DNA of 64,000 bases. Source: Dehalococcoidia bacterium. GTDB lineage: Bacteria > Chloroflexota > Dehalococcoidia > Lucifugimonadales > GCA-2712585. A program made the position numbers and the translations under genes. Positions 9,452-18,481 of this stretch are shown here, one piece after another. The notes beneath the pieces were generated by a model, which saw only the letters and a program-made list of their open reading frames with translations, made no database searches and had not been told where the DNA came from. The stretch is from the NCBI GenBank assembly GCA_965261665.1, contig OZ253467.1, forward strand, positions 2,777,798 through 2,841,797. The letters run 5' to 3'. The stretch's first letter is position 1, and every line of letters starts with the position of its first letter.

Positions 9452-11158
9452 TCAGTCATCGGCCAGCATTCCCAGTATCGTCTCTTCTGCGTCTTGCAAT
9501 GGCGCAAGGACGGGGCCTTCGCCGCCGGCTCGTCGTCTTATCTCCACGGCGCCGTTTCGCAGGGAGCGTTGGCTGATGACTAGGCGAATGGGCATGCCGA
9601 GAAGGTCGGCGTCGTTGAACTTCACGCCCGCCGACTCGTCGGGCCGGTCATCGTAGAGGCAATCTATGCCCGAGTCCCAGAGACGACTGTAAAGGGCATC
9701 CGCTTCCTTTGAAACGTCCTCGTTGCCAAGATTGAGACCGACGATATGCACCTGATAGGGCGCTATTGGAGCAGGGAAGATGATGCCTCGCTCGTCGTGA
9801 TTCTGCTCTATGGCAGCGGCCAGAAGCCGCCCGACACCGATACCGTAGCAGCCCATTATGACTGGCCGGCGTTGCCCTTCTCGGTCCAGGTAGTAGACGC
9901 CCAGGGTTTCGCTGTAGAAGGTCCCGAGTTTGAAGATGTGGCCGACTTCTATGCCGCGCAGGGCTTCAAGGGGGCCGCCGCATTGGACGCAGGGCTGTCC
10001 CTCCTCTGCCAACGCGATGTCCGTCACCTCTTCCGCCTGGAAGTCCCGCGGGCAGTTGGCGTTGAGTAGATGGGTGTCCGGCTTGTTGGCCCCAGCGACG
10101 TAGTTGGAACCCAACAGCACGGAGTCGTCCATCACCCGCCGTATGCCGGAAAGCCCCACCGCGGACGCGGAGCCGGCCACAAGGCCCGCCGCCTGCGTTT
10201 CTTCCTCTGTTGCCAACCGAAGGTCCTTGGCTTTCAGGTAGGTGGTGAGCTTGACCTCGTTTACCTCCAGGTCGCCCCGGATGGTGACGAAGACCGTCTC
10301 TCCGTCGGCGGTATAGAAGACGGCTTTCAGGGTCTGACTTTCGGGAATTCCCAAGAATTCTGAAAGCTCTGCGATGGTCTTGACGCCAGGGGTGGCAACT
10401 TCCTTCAGCGGCAGGTGAGGGTGCACAGGCTGGGCCGGCTTTACACCCTGGGCCTTCTCCAGGTTGGCGGCATAGCCGCAGCCGTCGCAGCGCAGGATGG
10501 TATCCTCGCCGGTGGGCGCGGGTAGTATGAACTCGTGGGAATCCCGCCCGCCGATGGCGCCGCTGTCGGCCTCCACCATGACCGCCGGCAGGCCGCATCG
10601 ACGGTAGATGTTGCGATAGGCCTGGGCCATCGCCTGATAGCTGGCGTCGAGGCCCTCGGCGTCGGCGTCCATGCTGTAGGCGTCCTTCATGTCGAACTCT
10701 CGGACGCGAATGAGGCCGCCGCGGGAGCGCGGTTCGTCCCGAAACTTGGTCTGGATCTGGTAGGGAATGATGGGCAGGTCGCGGTAGCTCTGGACGTGGG
10801 CCTTGGCTATCAGGCTCACCACCTCCTCATGAGTAGGGGCCATCACCATGGGGCGGCGGCGACGGTCATACAGGGTAAAGAGGTTGTCGCCGAAGGCTTT
10901 CCTTCGCCCCGATTCCTCCCAGAGATCCATGGGCTGGAGGACGGGCATCCGCACCTCCTGGCCTCCGGCAGCGTCCATCTCCTCGCGAATTATGGCTTCG
11001 ATTTTGCGGAGGGAGCGCCAGGCCAGGGGAAGGTAGGAATAGACGCCGGCGGCCACCTGTAAGACCATGCCAGCCTTCAGCATATACCGATGGCTGGGCG
11101 TTTCCGCCTCTGCGGGGTCCCTCCGCATGGTCTTGGTGATGAGCCGGGTGAACCTCAT
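9452..11158 (-). CDS. proS: proline--tRNA ligase (bacterial type with editing insertion)
   Basis: 568 aa. N-terminus HRYMLKAGMV...GVYSYLPLAWRSLRKIE, class II aaRS core, INS domain, C-terminal anticodon-binding domain. Confidence 0.95.
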   Translation of the reverse strand: MRFTRLITKTMRRDPAEAETPSHRYMLKAGMVLQVAAGVYSYLPLAWRSLRKIEAIIREEMDAAGGQEVRMPVLQPMDLWEESGRRKAFGDNLFTLYDRRRRPMVMAPTHEEVVSLIAKAHVQSYRDLPIIPYQIQTKFRDEPRSRGGLIRVREFDMKDAYSMDADAEGLDASYQAMAQAYRNIYRRCGLPAVMVEADSGAIGGRDSHEFILPAPTGEDTILRCDGCGYAANLEKAQGVKPAQPVHPHLPLKEVATPGVKTIAELSEFLGIPESQTLKAVFYTADGETVFVTIRGDLEVNEVKLTTYLKAKDLRLATEEETQAAGLVAGSASAVGLSGIRRVMDDSVLLGSNYVAGANKPDTHLLNANCPRDFQAEEVTDIALAEEGQPCVQCGGPLEALRGIEVGHIFKLGTFYSETLGVYYLDREGQRRPVIMGCYGIGVGRLLAAAIEQNHDERGIIFPAPIAPYQVHIVGLNLGNEDVSKEADALYSRLWDSGIDCLYDDRPDESAGVKFNDADLLGMPIRLVISQRSLRNGAVEIRRRAGGEGPVLAPLQDAEETILGMLADD

Positions 11159-11429
11159 TTGATCCCCTTTCGCTGGTCTCCTGCCGGTATCAACGGCGGT
11201 CCATTATCCCAAGCCGACGACGACAAGAGCCGTCCCTTCGGACGCCTTTGCGCCGGTCGAGATAATCGTGGCGTATTATACTCCATTTGCGCCTGCAGAA
11301 CCGGTGATTGGGCGCCGATTCCTGTTGCTGCAACCTTGTGGAAACGCATTTTGATGGTTTCACGCTGCAAACGCTCATCAGCCGACGACATAATTACGTT
11401 AGGGGTCTATCATTGGCATGATACTTAGC

Positions 11430-11458
11430 TTGACACCCAATAGTGCGGAAAGTAAGCT
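11430..11458 (+). promoter_or_regulatory. sigma70-like promoter candidate for the DUF1800 gene
   Basis: TTGACA (11430-11435), 17 nt spacer, TAAGCT (11453-11458). It lies inside the long ORF version, which argues for the ATG at 11563. Confidence 0.4.
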
Positions 11459-11562
11459 GTAGCGGGGCAATGTGGTTTTCCCATTATTATTGGGGAGGGT
11501 TGCGCCCTATACTATTAACAGCCACGGATGGCATTCAAATTAGTCTAAATGGAGGAGGAGAA

Positions 11563-12978
11563 ATGGCAAGTAAAGACATTGCTCTAATGGCCCATCTTAT
11601 GAGACGAGCGGGCTTCGGCGCCTCCTACGAAGAGTTGGAGGAGAGGGTGGCCAATGGCTACGAGGCCACCGTTGAGGAGCTCTTGGATCCGGCGTCCCAC
11701 GGCGTTGACCCCGTGGACAACCTCTTGATGTGGCGCTACCACCCGATGAACGAGATCCCGCAGGCGCCGCCCTACGGCTCCATGAACTTTCTATATAACA
11801 TGCTCACCACCAAGCGCCCGCTGGAAGAGAAGATGACCCTCTTCTGGCACATGGTATTCGCCACGGGCAACTCCAAGATAGACAATCCCACGGAGATGAA
11901 CCGACAGATCAACATGTTCCGGGAACACGGCATGGGCAGCTATCAGGACCTGCTGGTTCGGCTGGCGAAGGACCCGGCGATGATCTTCTGGCTGGACAAC
12001 AACATGAGCCACAAGCACGCCCCCAACGAGAACTGGGGACGGGAACTTTTGGAGCTGTTCTCCATGGGCCAGGGCAACTATTCCGAGGACGACGTGAAGA
12101 TGGCCTCTCGAGCCTTTACGGGCTGGACTATCAGGGCCAAGCTCCCCCGGGCGCCCTATGGACGTTACCTGTGGGAGTTCGAATACAAGCCGGAGGACCA
12201 CGACGACAGCGAGAAGGAATTCCTCGGTCGGAAGGGCAACTTCAACGGCGAGGACATCATAGACATCATCCTGGAGGAGCAGGCAACGGCCCGGTTCATC
12301 GCCCGCCATTTGTACAGCTTCTTCGTTGCCGACGAGGTCCAGGTGCCCAGCTGGAAGGACGTTCCACCCCAGGACCCGGAGGCGGTACAGGCCATAGCCG
12401 ATACTTTCTCCGGTTCTAACTACGACATCAAGGCCACGCTTCGCTTCATCTTCAACTCGGACTTCTTCAAGGACGAGAGCGTGTGGTTTGCAAAAGTGAA
12501 GAACCCCGCCGAGGTCGTCGCCGGGACCATTCGTCTAATCGGCGACTACCAGGAGCCGAAGCCGGGCCTGATGCTTCTAGCCCTAGAGGCCGGCTACCAG
12601 GGCCAGGAGTTGATCAATCCGCCCAGCGTGGAAGGCTGGCACACCGGCTCCGAGTGGATAGACACCGGCGCGCTGGTTAGAAGGGTCAACTTTGTTGCCT
12701 CCATGCTGGGGGACGCCAGCATGCCCGGCGTACAGTCCATTATCAACAAGCTGAGCGGCCGGGAAACGATGACCGCCGACGAGATAGTAGATGGATGTCT
12801 GGAGCTTCTGGGCGCCATTAAGCTTGAAGAAGGCACCCGCCAGCAGATTGTGGATCACGTTTTGTCGGGCGGCGAGGTGCGGCGGGGATCCTCGGAGGAG
12901 GAAGTAGCGGCCTTTGGGCATCGCGTTACCGAGGTGCTGCAACTCATCGCCGCCGCCAGAGAGTACCAGTTCGCTTAA
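11563..12978 (+). CDS. DUF1800 domain protein
   Basis: AHLMRRAGFGASYEELE... start typical of DUF1800. ATG 11563 follows GGAGGAGGAG; the ORF track begins at 11443. Confidence 0.75.
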   Translation: MASKDIALMAHLMRRAGFGASYEELEERVANGYEATVEELLDPASHGVDPVDNLLMWRYHPMNEIPQAPPYGSMNFLYNMLTTKRPLEEKMTLFWHMVFATGNSKIDNPTEMNRQINMFREHGMGSYQDLLVRLAKDPAMIFWLDNNMSHKHAPNENWGRELLELFSMGQGNYSEDDVKMASRAFTGWTIRAKLPRAPYGRYLWEFEYKPEDHDDSEKEFLGRKGNFNGEDIIDIILEEQATARFIARHLYSFFVADEVQVPSWKDVPPQDPEAVQAIADTFSGSNYDIKATLRFIFNSDFFKDESVWFAKVKNPAEVVAGTIRLIGDYQEPKPGLMLLALEAGYQGQELINPPSVEGWHTGSEWIDTGALVRRVNFVASMLGDASMPGVQSIINKLSGRETMTADEIVDGCLELLGAIKLEEGTRQQIVDHVLSGGEVRRGSSEEEVAAFGHRVTEVLQLIAAAREYQFA

Positions 12979-12985
12979 CCTGAAT

Positions 12986-13011
12986 GCCGCCGGGCTTGCG
13001 GGCCCGGCGGC
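12986..13011 (+). terminator. GC-rich stem-loop downstream of the DUF1800 gene
   Basis: GCCGCCGGGC / GCCCGGCGGC 10-bp stem with a 6-nt loop. There is no clear U-tract, so terminator function is uncertain. Confidence 0.35.
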
Positions 13012-13053
13012 GCATCCCAACTTAAACATGCAGAAATAAATAGGGAGGTTGTC

Positions 13054-14061
13054 ATGGCGTTAATCCAGACCATCGGAGAGCGCACGTACACCTACAGCCA
13101 CTGCGTCGGCAGTCTATTTGCCTTCACCGCCCCATCGGACATGGTGCTGGGGCCGAACGGCACTGCCTACGTAGTCAGCCGCGGCGGCGACCCGGGCTAC
13201 CCGCTGGGCGGCAGGCAGCACTGGTCCAAGTGGGACTTGGAAGATGACGTAAAGATTGTGGAGGCCGGCGGTCAGGGGACCGGCAAGGGCGAGATGATGT
13301 GGCCCTCCGGCATAGACATGGGTCCCAACGGAAACGTCTATATTACGGACGAATACATGAACCACGTAAACGTCTTCGCCGACGGCGGCGACTTTCTGGG
13401 CGCCTGGGGAGCCTCCGGCTCAGGAGCAGGACAGCTTAACGGGCCAACGGGCATACGCTTCGACGCCGACGGGAACGTGTACGTGGCCGAAAGCAAGAAC
13501 AACCGGGTTCAGAAATTCACCGCCGACGGGGAGTATCTTGGCGGCTGGGGCGAGGCGGGAGACGGGGCCGGACAGTTCAGCATGCCCTACGGCCTGCACA
13601 TTGACCGACACGGGAACGTTTTCGTGGCCGACTGGGGCAACGACCGCATTCAGAAGTTCACGCCGGACGGCGAGTTCATGCTGCAATTCGGTAGTTCCGG
13701 TACTGAGATAGGCCAGCTTCAGCGGCCTACGGGAATGGCCACTGACTCCGAAGGGGACGTGTACGTGGCCGACTGGGGCAACAACCGGGTGCAGGCGTAC
13801 GACGAAACCGGCGACATTGTCACCGCTTTCTACGGGGACGCCCGGGAGCTTTCCAAATCCGCCACTATATTCATCAGCGCCAACTCGGACTTCGTGAAGG
13901 CGCGCAGAAGGGCGGACACTTCAAAGGAGTGGGCCTTCCGCCGGCCTTCCGCCATTGCTGTAAACGACCAGAATCAGATACTGATAATCGAGTCCATAAG
14001 CGGCCGTATTCAGATCTACCAGAAGGACGACGACTACCTGGACCCGCAGTTCAACCTGTAG
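13054..14061 (+). CDS. NHL-repeat beta-propeller protein
   Basis: Six repeated units of the form GxFxxPxGixxDxxGNVYVADxxNNRVQKF. Confidence 0.8.
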   Translation: MALIQTIGERTYTYSHCVGSLFAFTAPSDMVLGPNGTAYVVSRGGDPGYPLGGRQHWSKWDLEDDVKIVEAGGQGTGKGEMMWPSGIDMGPNGNVYITDEYMNHVNVFADGGDFLGAWGASGSGAGQLNGPTGIRFDADGNVYVAESKNNRVQKFTADGEYLGGWGEAGDGAGQFSMPYGLHIDRHGNVFVADWGNDRIQKFTPDGEFMLQFGSSGTEIGQLQRPTGMATDSEGDVYVADWGNNRVQAYDETGDIVTAFYGDARELSKSATIFISANSDFVKARRRADTSKEWAFRRPSAIAVNDQNQILIIESISGRIQIYQKDDDYLDPQFNL

Positions 14062-14099
14062 CGGGTAGTTCAGGCCGCGCCAGCGTATCCGAAGAATGA

Positions 14100-14131
14100 A
14101 ATAGAGGGCTGCTAATTAGCAGCCCTCTATT
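14100..14131. terminator. bidirectional intrinsic terminator between convergent genes
   Basis: Perfect 32-nt palindrome AATAGAGGGCTGCTAATTAGCAGCCCTCTATT, with T-rich runs following on both strands. Confidence 0.6.
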
Positions 14132-14207
14132 CTTGTTGCAGGATTTCAGCCGAAGCCTGAATCCGAGCCGCGTAGGCCAAAGGCTTGAGGAAGCGCGGAA
14201 GGGAAAG

Positions 14208-15245
14208 CTAGCGGGAGCCGGTACGGGGAAGGCCCGGATATAGGGGGTTCGCCAAGTGGATTTCGCCCCACAACACCAGATTCCCCCGCCGCCCTTGTGG
14301 CCCGGCATCGGTGGTTGATTCCACCGTGACTCCCACCCATTGATATTCCGCCATGGTCATTTCCGGCGATATCATGGCCTGACCCCAACCCATTTCGTCA
14401 ATAGTAAGTACGGCCACGTGGTGCTCGTCCTGACCCGTTCGTAGCCAAACGTTGTACTGGTGGCTGTGGGGCAGCGGGAGGAGCCCGTTAGCGACGAAAA
14501 CGCACCACCGCCGGTCCATGTTCAGCATAAGGTTTCCTTGTACGGCTCCCGATTCCGATTCCATTGTCAGCACGTGGGTATCAGGCAGCGTGAGCATATA
14601 GACGATAGATTGCTGGGTCCTCAGCACGTGCATCATCTCCTGCCCGCTGACGGCCAGGGCGTTCATCTGCTCGTACAAGGCCTCGCTGCCGGAGACCAGT
14701 TCGTCCACGTCCGAGTTTACCTCGGAGCTGTTCTCGTGTAATTTGGATACACTATCGCCCATTTCGCTGTTATGGTCCATGAGGCGGCTTAGTTCGTCGG
14801 AGAGGGCGCTGTTGTCCTGCTGGAGATGCGAGACCTGCTGAGTCAGTTCTGCATTGGTTTCCTGGAGATTGTCCATCTGTCCGGACGTCCGGACAGTGAA
14901 GGCGAGGACGCCGCCCAAGAGCAGGAGGGCCATGAGCGCCCCGGCGTAGACGAAAGCGCCGATTATGGACAGGGGCCGGCGGCGAAAGCGGCTGGGAGGC
15001 CTCTCCGGCGCCGGTGGAGCCTCGGCTTTGGCCATCCGTCTCTTCACTGCGGCCAGGACCCGGCGAGGCGGTGGATTCTGCTCCACCGCCAAGGAGAGGG
15101 CGGCGGCCACGTCCTTCTGGATTCGCGCCTGGCCGGAGCACCAGGAACAGCCGTCCATGTGCCGCTCCACCGCCTGCTCCTCTTCGGGGCTCAAAGCGTC
15201 CAGGGCATAGGCAGGAATCAGGGCTTCCATGTCCTTACAGTTCAT
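14208..15245 (-). CDS. anti-sigma factor (zf-HC2 N-terminus, single TM, RskA-like C-terminal domain)
   Basis: N-terminal H-x3-C-x2-C zinc motif (VERHMDGCSWCSG), a central TM helix, and a start 3 nt downstream of the ECF sigma gene stop. Confidence 0.75.
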   Translation of the reverse strand: MNCKDMEALIPAYALDALSPEEEQAVERHMDGCSWCSGQARIQKDVAAALSLAVEQNPPPRRVLAAVKRRMAKAEAPPAPERPPSRFRRRPLSIIGAFVYAGALMALLLLGGVLAFTVRTSGQMDNLQETNAELTQQVSHLQQDNSALSDELSRLMDHNSEMGDSVSKLHENSSEVNSDVDELVSGSEALYEQMNALAVSGQEMMHVLRTQQSIVYMLTLPDTHVLTMESESGAVQGNLMLNMDRRWCVFVANGLLPLPHSHQYNVWLRTGQDEHHVAVLTIDEMGWGQAMISPEMTMAEYQWVGVTVESTTDAGPQGRRGNLVLWGEIHLANPLYPGLPRTGSR

Positions 15246-15248
15246 GAA

Positions 15249-15824
15249 CTAAGCCACCGCCCCATTTTTGAAGATTGACCTCAGCTTCTGCATTCCCAGT
15301 CGAATTCGCGTCTTCACAGTGCCCAAAGGCTGGTCGAGTATTTCGGCAATCTCCGATTGAGAATAGCCCTGAAAGTAGGACATCAGGATAACGGTTCTCT
15401 GCGCCTCCGGTATGCTCTGCAGGGCCTTGGCGATTTCCTGGCGTTCTATGTTGCGGAAGGCTTCATCCTCCGTGCGAACCTGGTACAGCTTCTCCAAGCT
15501 GACCATCTCCTGGGCCATCCTTTCCATAGACGCCCGGGCCCGCTTGGCCGAGCGCACGTGGTCTATGACCCGGTGGTGGGCGATGCTCATGAGCCAGCCC
15601 TTGGGGGAACCCCGGTTGGCCTTGAACGTGGAAGCCTTCTGCCACACGGCAAGAAAGACGTCCTGCGCAATCTCCTCGGCGATTGCTTCGTCCTTAAGCA
15701 TGTACCGGGCCAGGGAGAAGACCTGGGTTGAGTACTTTTCGTAAAAGCATTCCAACGCGTCCTTGTCACCATGGGCGATAAGGGTCAGGAGATTCTCGTC
15801 TCCCAGGCTCTCATACTGTCCCAT
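15249..15824 (-). CDS. ECF-type RNA polymerase sigma-70 family factor
   Basis: Region 2 (AQDVFLAVWQKA...WLMSIAHHRVIDHVR) and region 4 (SYFQGYSQSEIAEILDQPLGTVKTRIRLGMQKLR). ATG at 15824 is preferred over TTG at 15863. Confidence 0.85.
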   Translation of the reverse strand: MGQYESLGDENLLTLIAHGDKDALECFYEKYSTQVFSLARYMLKDEAIAEEIAQDVFLAVWQKASTFKANRGSPKGWLMSIAHHRVIDHVRSAKRARASMERMAQEMVSLEKLYQVRTEDEAFRNIERQEIAKALQSIPEAQRTVILMSYFQGYSQSEIAEILDQPLGTVKTRIRLGMQKLRSIFKNGAVA

Positions 15825-15907
15825 CAACTCCGCCTTCCCGGGAGATGGTAACCGTCCTTCCAATTCCTAATACGCAGAACTTCCCCCTCTCGGATTCAAA
15901 GGCCCCG

Positions 15908-16747
15908 CTAGTTCAGGGAAGCCAGGGTATCCCACAAGCTATTGATCTGAGCGCGCACGCTGTCTGCGTCATCCGCCACGGGATTCAGGTCCAAATAGGC
16001 CTCCAGGTCTTCGATTGCCTCGGTGTAGCGATGGGTCCTGTAGAGCATCCAGGCCCGCTCCTTCAGGTTTCTGCCCATGTACGGGTCGAGCAGAGCCACC
16101 CTATCGGCCGCTGCGATGGCGTGATGGTAGTCGCGTCGTCGTACGTGCATCATCTTGAGGTTGGAGAGCAGGTTAACCAGAAGCTGCTTCTTGGTGCAGG
16201 GCTTAAAATACTCCTCGGAAAGGTGGACCATTCCACCGAAGACGTCTGCTGTTAGCTTACCACACTCTTCCCTGGTCATGAGTTCGGCGGGCTGGTGGGG
16301 GTCCATGTAGATGTCCTCGTCCTGGGACGGCGTTCGCATTACCAGACGGTTGGGCAGGTCGATGATTTCGAATAGCATGCCCAACCGAGCGCCAACCTCC
16401 GAGTAGACCAGTGAAAGGGCTATAGGCATGCCCTTTCTCCTAGCGAGTACCTGGTCCAGGTAGAGGTTCCGTGGGTTGAAATGGTCCTCGTCGTCGCTGG
16501 AATACCCCTGGGTGTCTCCCAGATAGGAGCTGAGAGCCCTGAGCTTGGCGGGCAGGTCCATGGAGGGTTCCAGCCGCTCGCGGACCTCCCCTGCAAGGTT
16601 GTCCAGCATCGAGGTGGACTCCTCCACGTCCACGGCGGGGTAGTCCTCGGCGGCAATATAGAGGGCGCCTCTGGCCAGGTCGAAGTCTCGTTGGGGGGTA
16701 TTCACCAGGGTGGAAAACAGTTCACGGTATACACTCTTCGTATCCAT
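15908..16747 (-). CDS. SirB1-like transglutaminase-fold plus TPR protein
   Basis: 279 aa. The N-terminal region resembles the SirB1/UPF0162 domain. The C-terminus has TPR-like helices (YRTHRYTEAIEDLEAYLDLNP). Confidence 0.6.
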   Translation of the reverse strand: MDTKSVYRELFSTLVNTPQRDFDLARGALYIAAEDYPAVDVEESTSMLDNLAGEVRERLEPSMDLPAKLRALSSYLGDTQGYSSDDEDHFNPRNLYLDQVLARRKGMPIALSLVYSEVGARLGMLFEIIDLPNRLVMRTPSQDEDIYMDPHQPAELMTREECGKLTADVFGGMVHLSEEYFKPCTKKQLLVNLLSNLKMMHVRRRDYHHAIAAADRVALLDPYMGRNLKERAWMLYRTHRYTEAIEDLEAYLDLNPVADDADSVRAQINSLWDTLASLN

Positions 16748-16897
16748 TTTGCTCCTTCAGATGTTCAGAATGGGTCAGAAAATTGCATTAGTAGAATTAA
16801 AACCAGAATTGAAAGGGTGGACCGCCCTGTTTGGGCGGATGGGGAAGACGCCGACCTCTCCCCTAACAGGGAGAGCCGACGCCTATTGAATTGGAGT

Positions 16898-18199
16898 CTA
16901 AGTGCCGCGGACGTCGAAGGACGACGCGCCGTTGGCCCGCTGGGCCCTGGCTCCTTCGCAAGCCCTCAGATAGTCACGCAGCAGTCGAGGCAGCAGAAAG
17001 TGGCGGCGGACGCTAGTCCGGGCCGCCTCTCCCATGGTTGTTTGGAGTTCCGGCTCTTTGAGCAGGCGAAGAATGCGTTGGGCGCACTGTGGCACGTCGT
17101 CCACCAGAAATCCGTTTTCGCCGTCGCTAATCTGGAGGCGGATACCGCCCACGTTGCCACCGATGACAGGCTTGCCATTCCACATGGCCTCTGTGACGGT
17201 CAGGCCGAAGCCTTCCCGCACGGACTTTTGCAGCACCACGTCGGAGGCCGTCTGGAAGGCGCTGACTACGAGGTCCACCGACTCCAGGGGAATATCGGCA
17301 TCGCCGAAGAGGTGAATGTCCGGGTCGTCCTTGGTTTGTTCGGAAAGCTCCTCGAAGATGCCCTTGCCCTCCGGGTCGTCGGCTGCGTGGGACGCGCCAA
17401 GATAGGCAAGCTGTACGTTGGGCATGTGCTCTTTGACGAGCTTGTAGGCTTCCACCACGCCCCAGGGGTCCTTCCAGGGATCGAAACGGGAGACCTGGGT
17501 TATGAGGGGCCTCTCCAGGTCGATGCCCATGGCCGCCATGCGGCTCCGGGCTTCTTCCATGTTCATGGGCCGGTTCTTTACGCTCAAGGGGTCAATGGCG
17601 GGCGGGATTATGTGAACCGCTGCGTCTTCCAGACCGGCCGGAACATACTGCTTCAGCGAGAAGACTTTAACGTCGGAACGGCGCATGTTGTCGAAGACGC
17701 TGGCCAGCATTCCCTGGTTAGGTTCCGAAAGGTCTATGTGGCATACCCACACGATGGGCGGATGGTCGCCTTCGGGAAGGAGGGCCATAAGGGGTAGAAG
17801 CTGGGGGTCGTGCAGAATCCAAACGTCGGCGTCGATGGACGAAAGGTCCAGGTTTGCGCTCTGGCCGGCGTAGGTGGAATAGGTACGCATTTCCTCAGGG
17901 GTTAAAGCGCCCTCGGCCCCCTGCATGAGGTTGTGAATCTTCTTGGTTACGTCGAAGAACTCCACGGGCGGGCTGACGACGTACCAATCGGTGTCGAGGC
18001 CCAAGCCCTTGCTGATGGGGATAAGGGAGCGGAGAATCTCGGCGACGCCTCCGCCCACGGCTGTGCTGTTGACGTGAATAACACGAGCGCCGTCCAAGTT
18101 GGCTACCAGGTTGCGGAGGTCTTCGGTGAGGCTGGATTCGAGGAGATCGGTGTAAGGTTCAAAGGGAACGGGATCGAAATCAATGCGATGGAACATCAA
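16898..18199 (-). CDS. GT4 glycosyltransferase, TreT-like (trehalose synthase-like)
   Basis: VIHVNSTAVGGGVAEILRSLIP...FFDVTKKIHNLMQG N-terminal pattern and a C-terminal GT-B E-x7-E region (REGFGLTVTEAMW). Confidence 0.7.
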   Translation of the reverse strand: MMFHRIDFDPVPFEPYTDLLESSLTEDLRNLVANLDGARVIHVNSTAVGGGVAEILRSLIPISKGLGLDTDWYVVSPPVEFFDVTKKIHNLMQGAEGALTPEEMRTYSTYAGQSANLDLSSIDADVWILHDPQLLPLMALLPEGDHPPIVWVCHIDLSEPNQGMLASVFDNMRRSDVKVFSLKQYVPAGLEDAAVHIIPPAIDPLSVKNRPMNMEEARSRMAAMGIDLERPLITQVSRFDPWKDPWGVVEAYKLVKEHMPNVQLAYLGASHAADDPEGKGIFEELSEQTKDDPDIHLFGDADIPLESVDLVVSAFQTASDVVLQKSVREGFGLTVTEAMWNGKPVIGGNVGGIRLQISDGENGFLVDDVPQCAQRILRLLKEPELQTTMGEAARTSVRRHFLLPRLLRDYLRACEGARAQRANGASSFDVRGT

Positions 18200-18411
18200 T
18201 CACTCCTAAGGCGTTGTCATTCCGGGCATAGCAAGTTCACTGGTAGAGAATACTAAACACCTCCAGAATGGCAATTCAATGCCAGAAAATGCGGCTTTTT
18301 ACGGATATTCTTTGCGCTGTATTTTAGGATTGAAGACGGCTTTTCTTTCATAATTTGTACTTATGTGAAGGCTTTAGCTACCATTTTAGCGCAAACAATT
18401 CCTTGATTACG

Positions 18412-18440
18412 TTGACAAGATGTGGACGGCTGGATATTCT
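18412..18440 (+). promoter_or_regulatory. sigma70-like promoter candidate
   Basis: TTGACA (18412-18417), 17 nt spacer, TATTCT (18435-18440). Confidence 0.4.
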
Positions 18441-18481
18441 GAGTGGAAGTCGCAAAGACCGTCCGATGGAAGGAGAATGCA

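Noticed and set aside
11159-11429. T-box or other leader RNA upstream of proS (minus strand). A TATAAT box and a GGGATAATGGACCGCCG stretch are vaguely T-box-like.
   Set aside because: The match to the conserved T-box sequence is poor, and I could not find a specifier-loop or antiterminator architecture.
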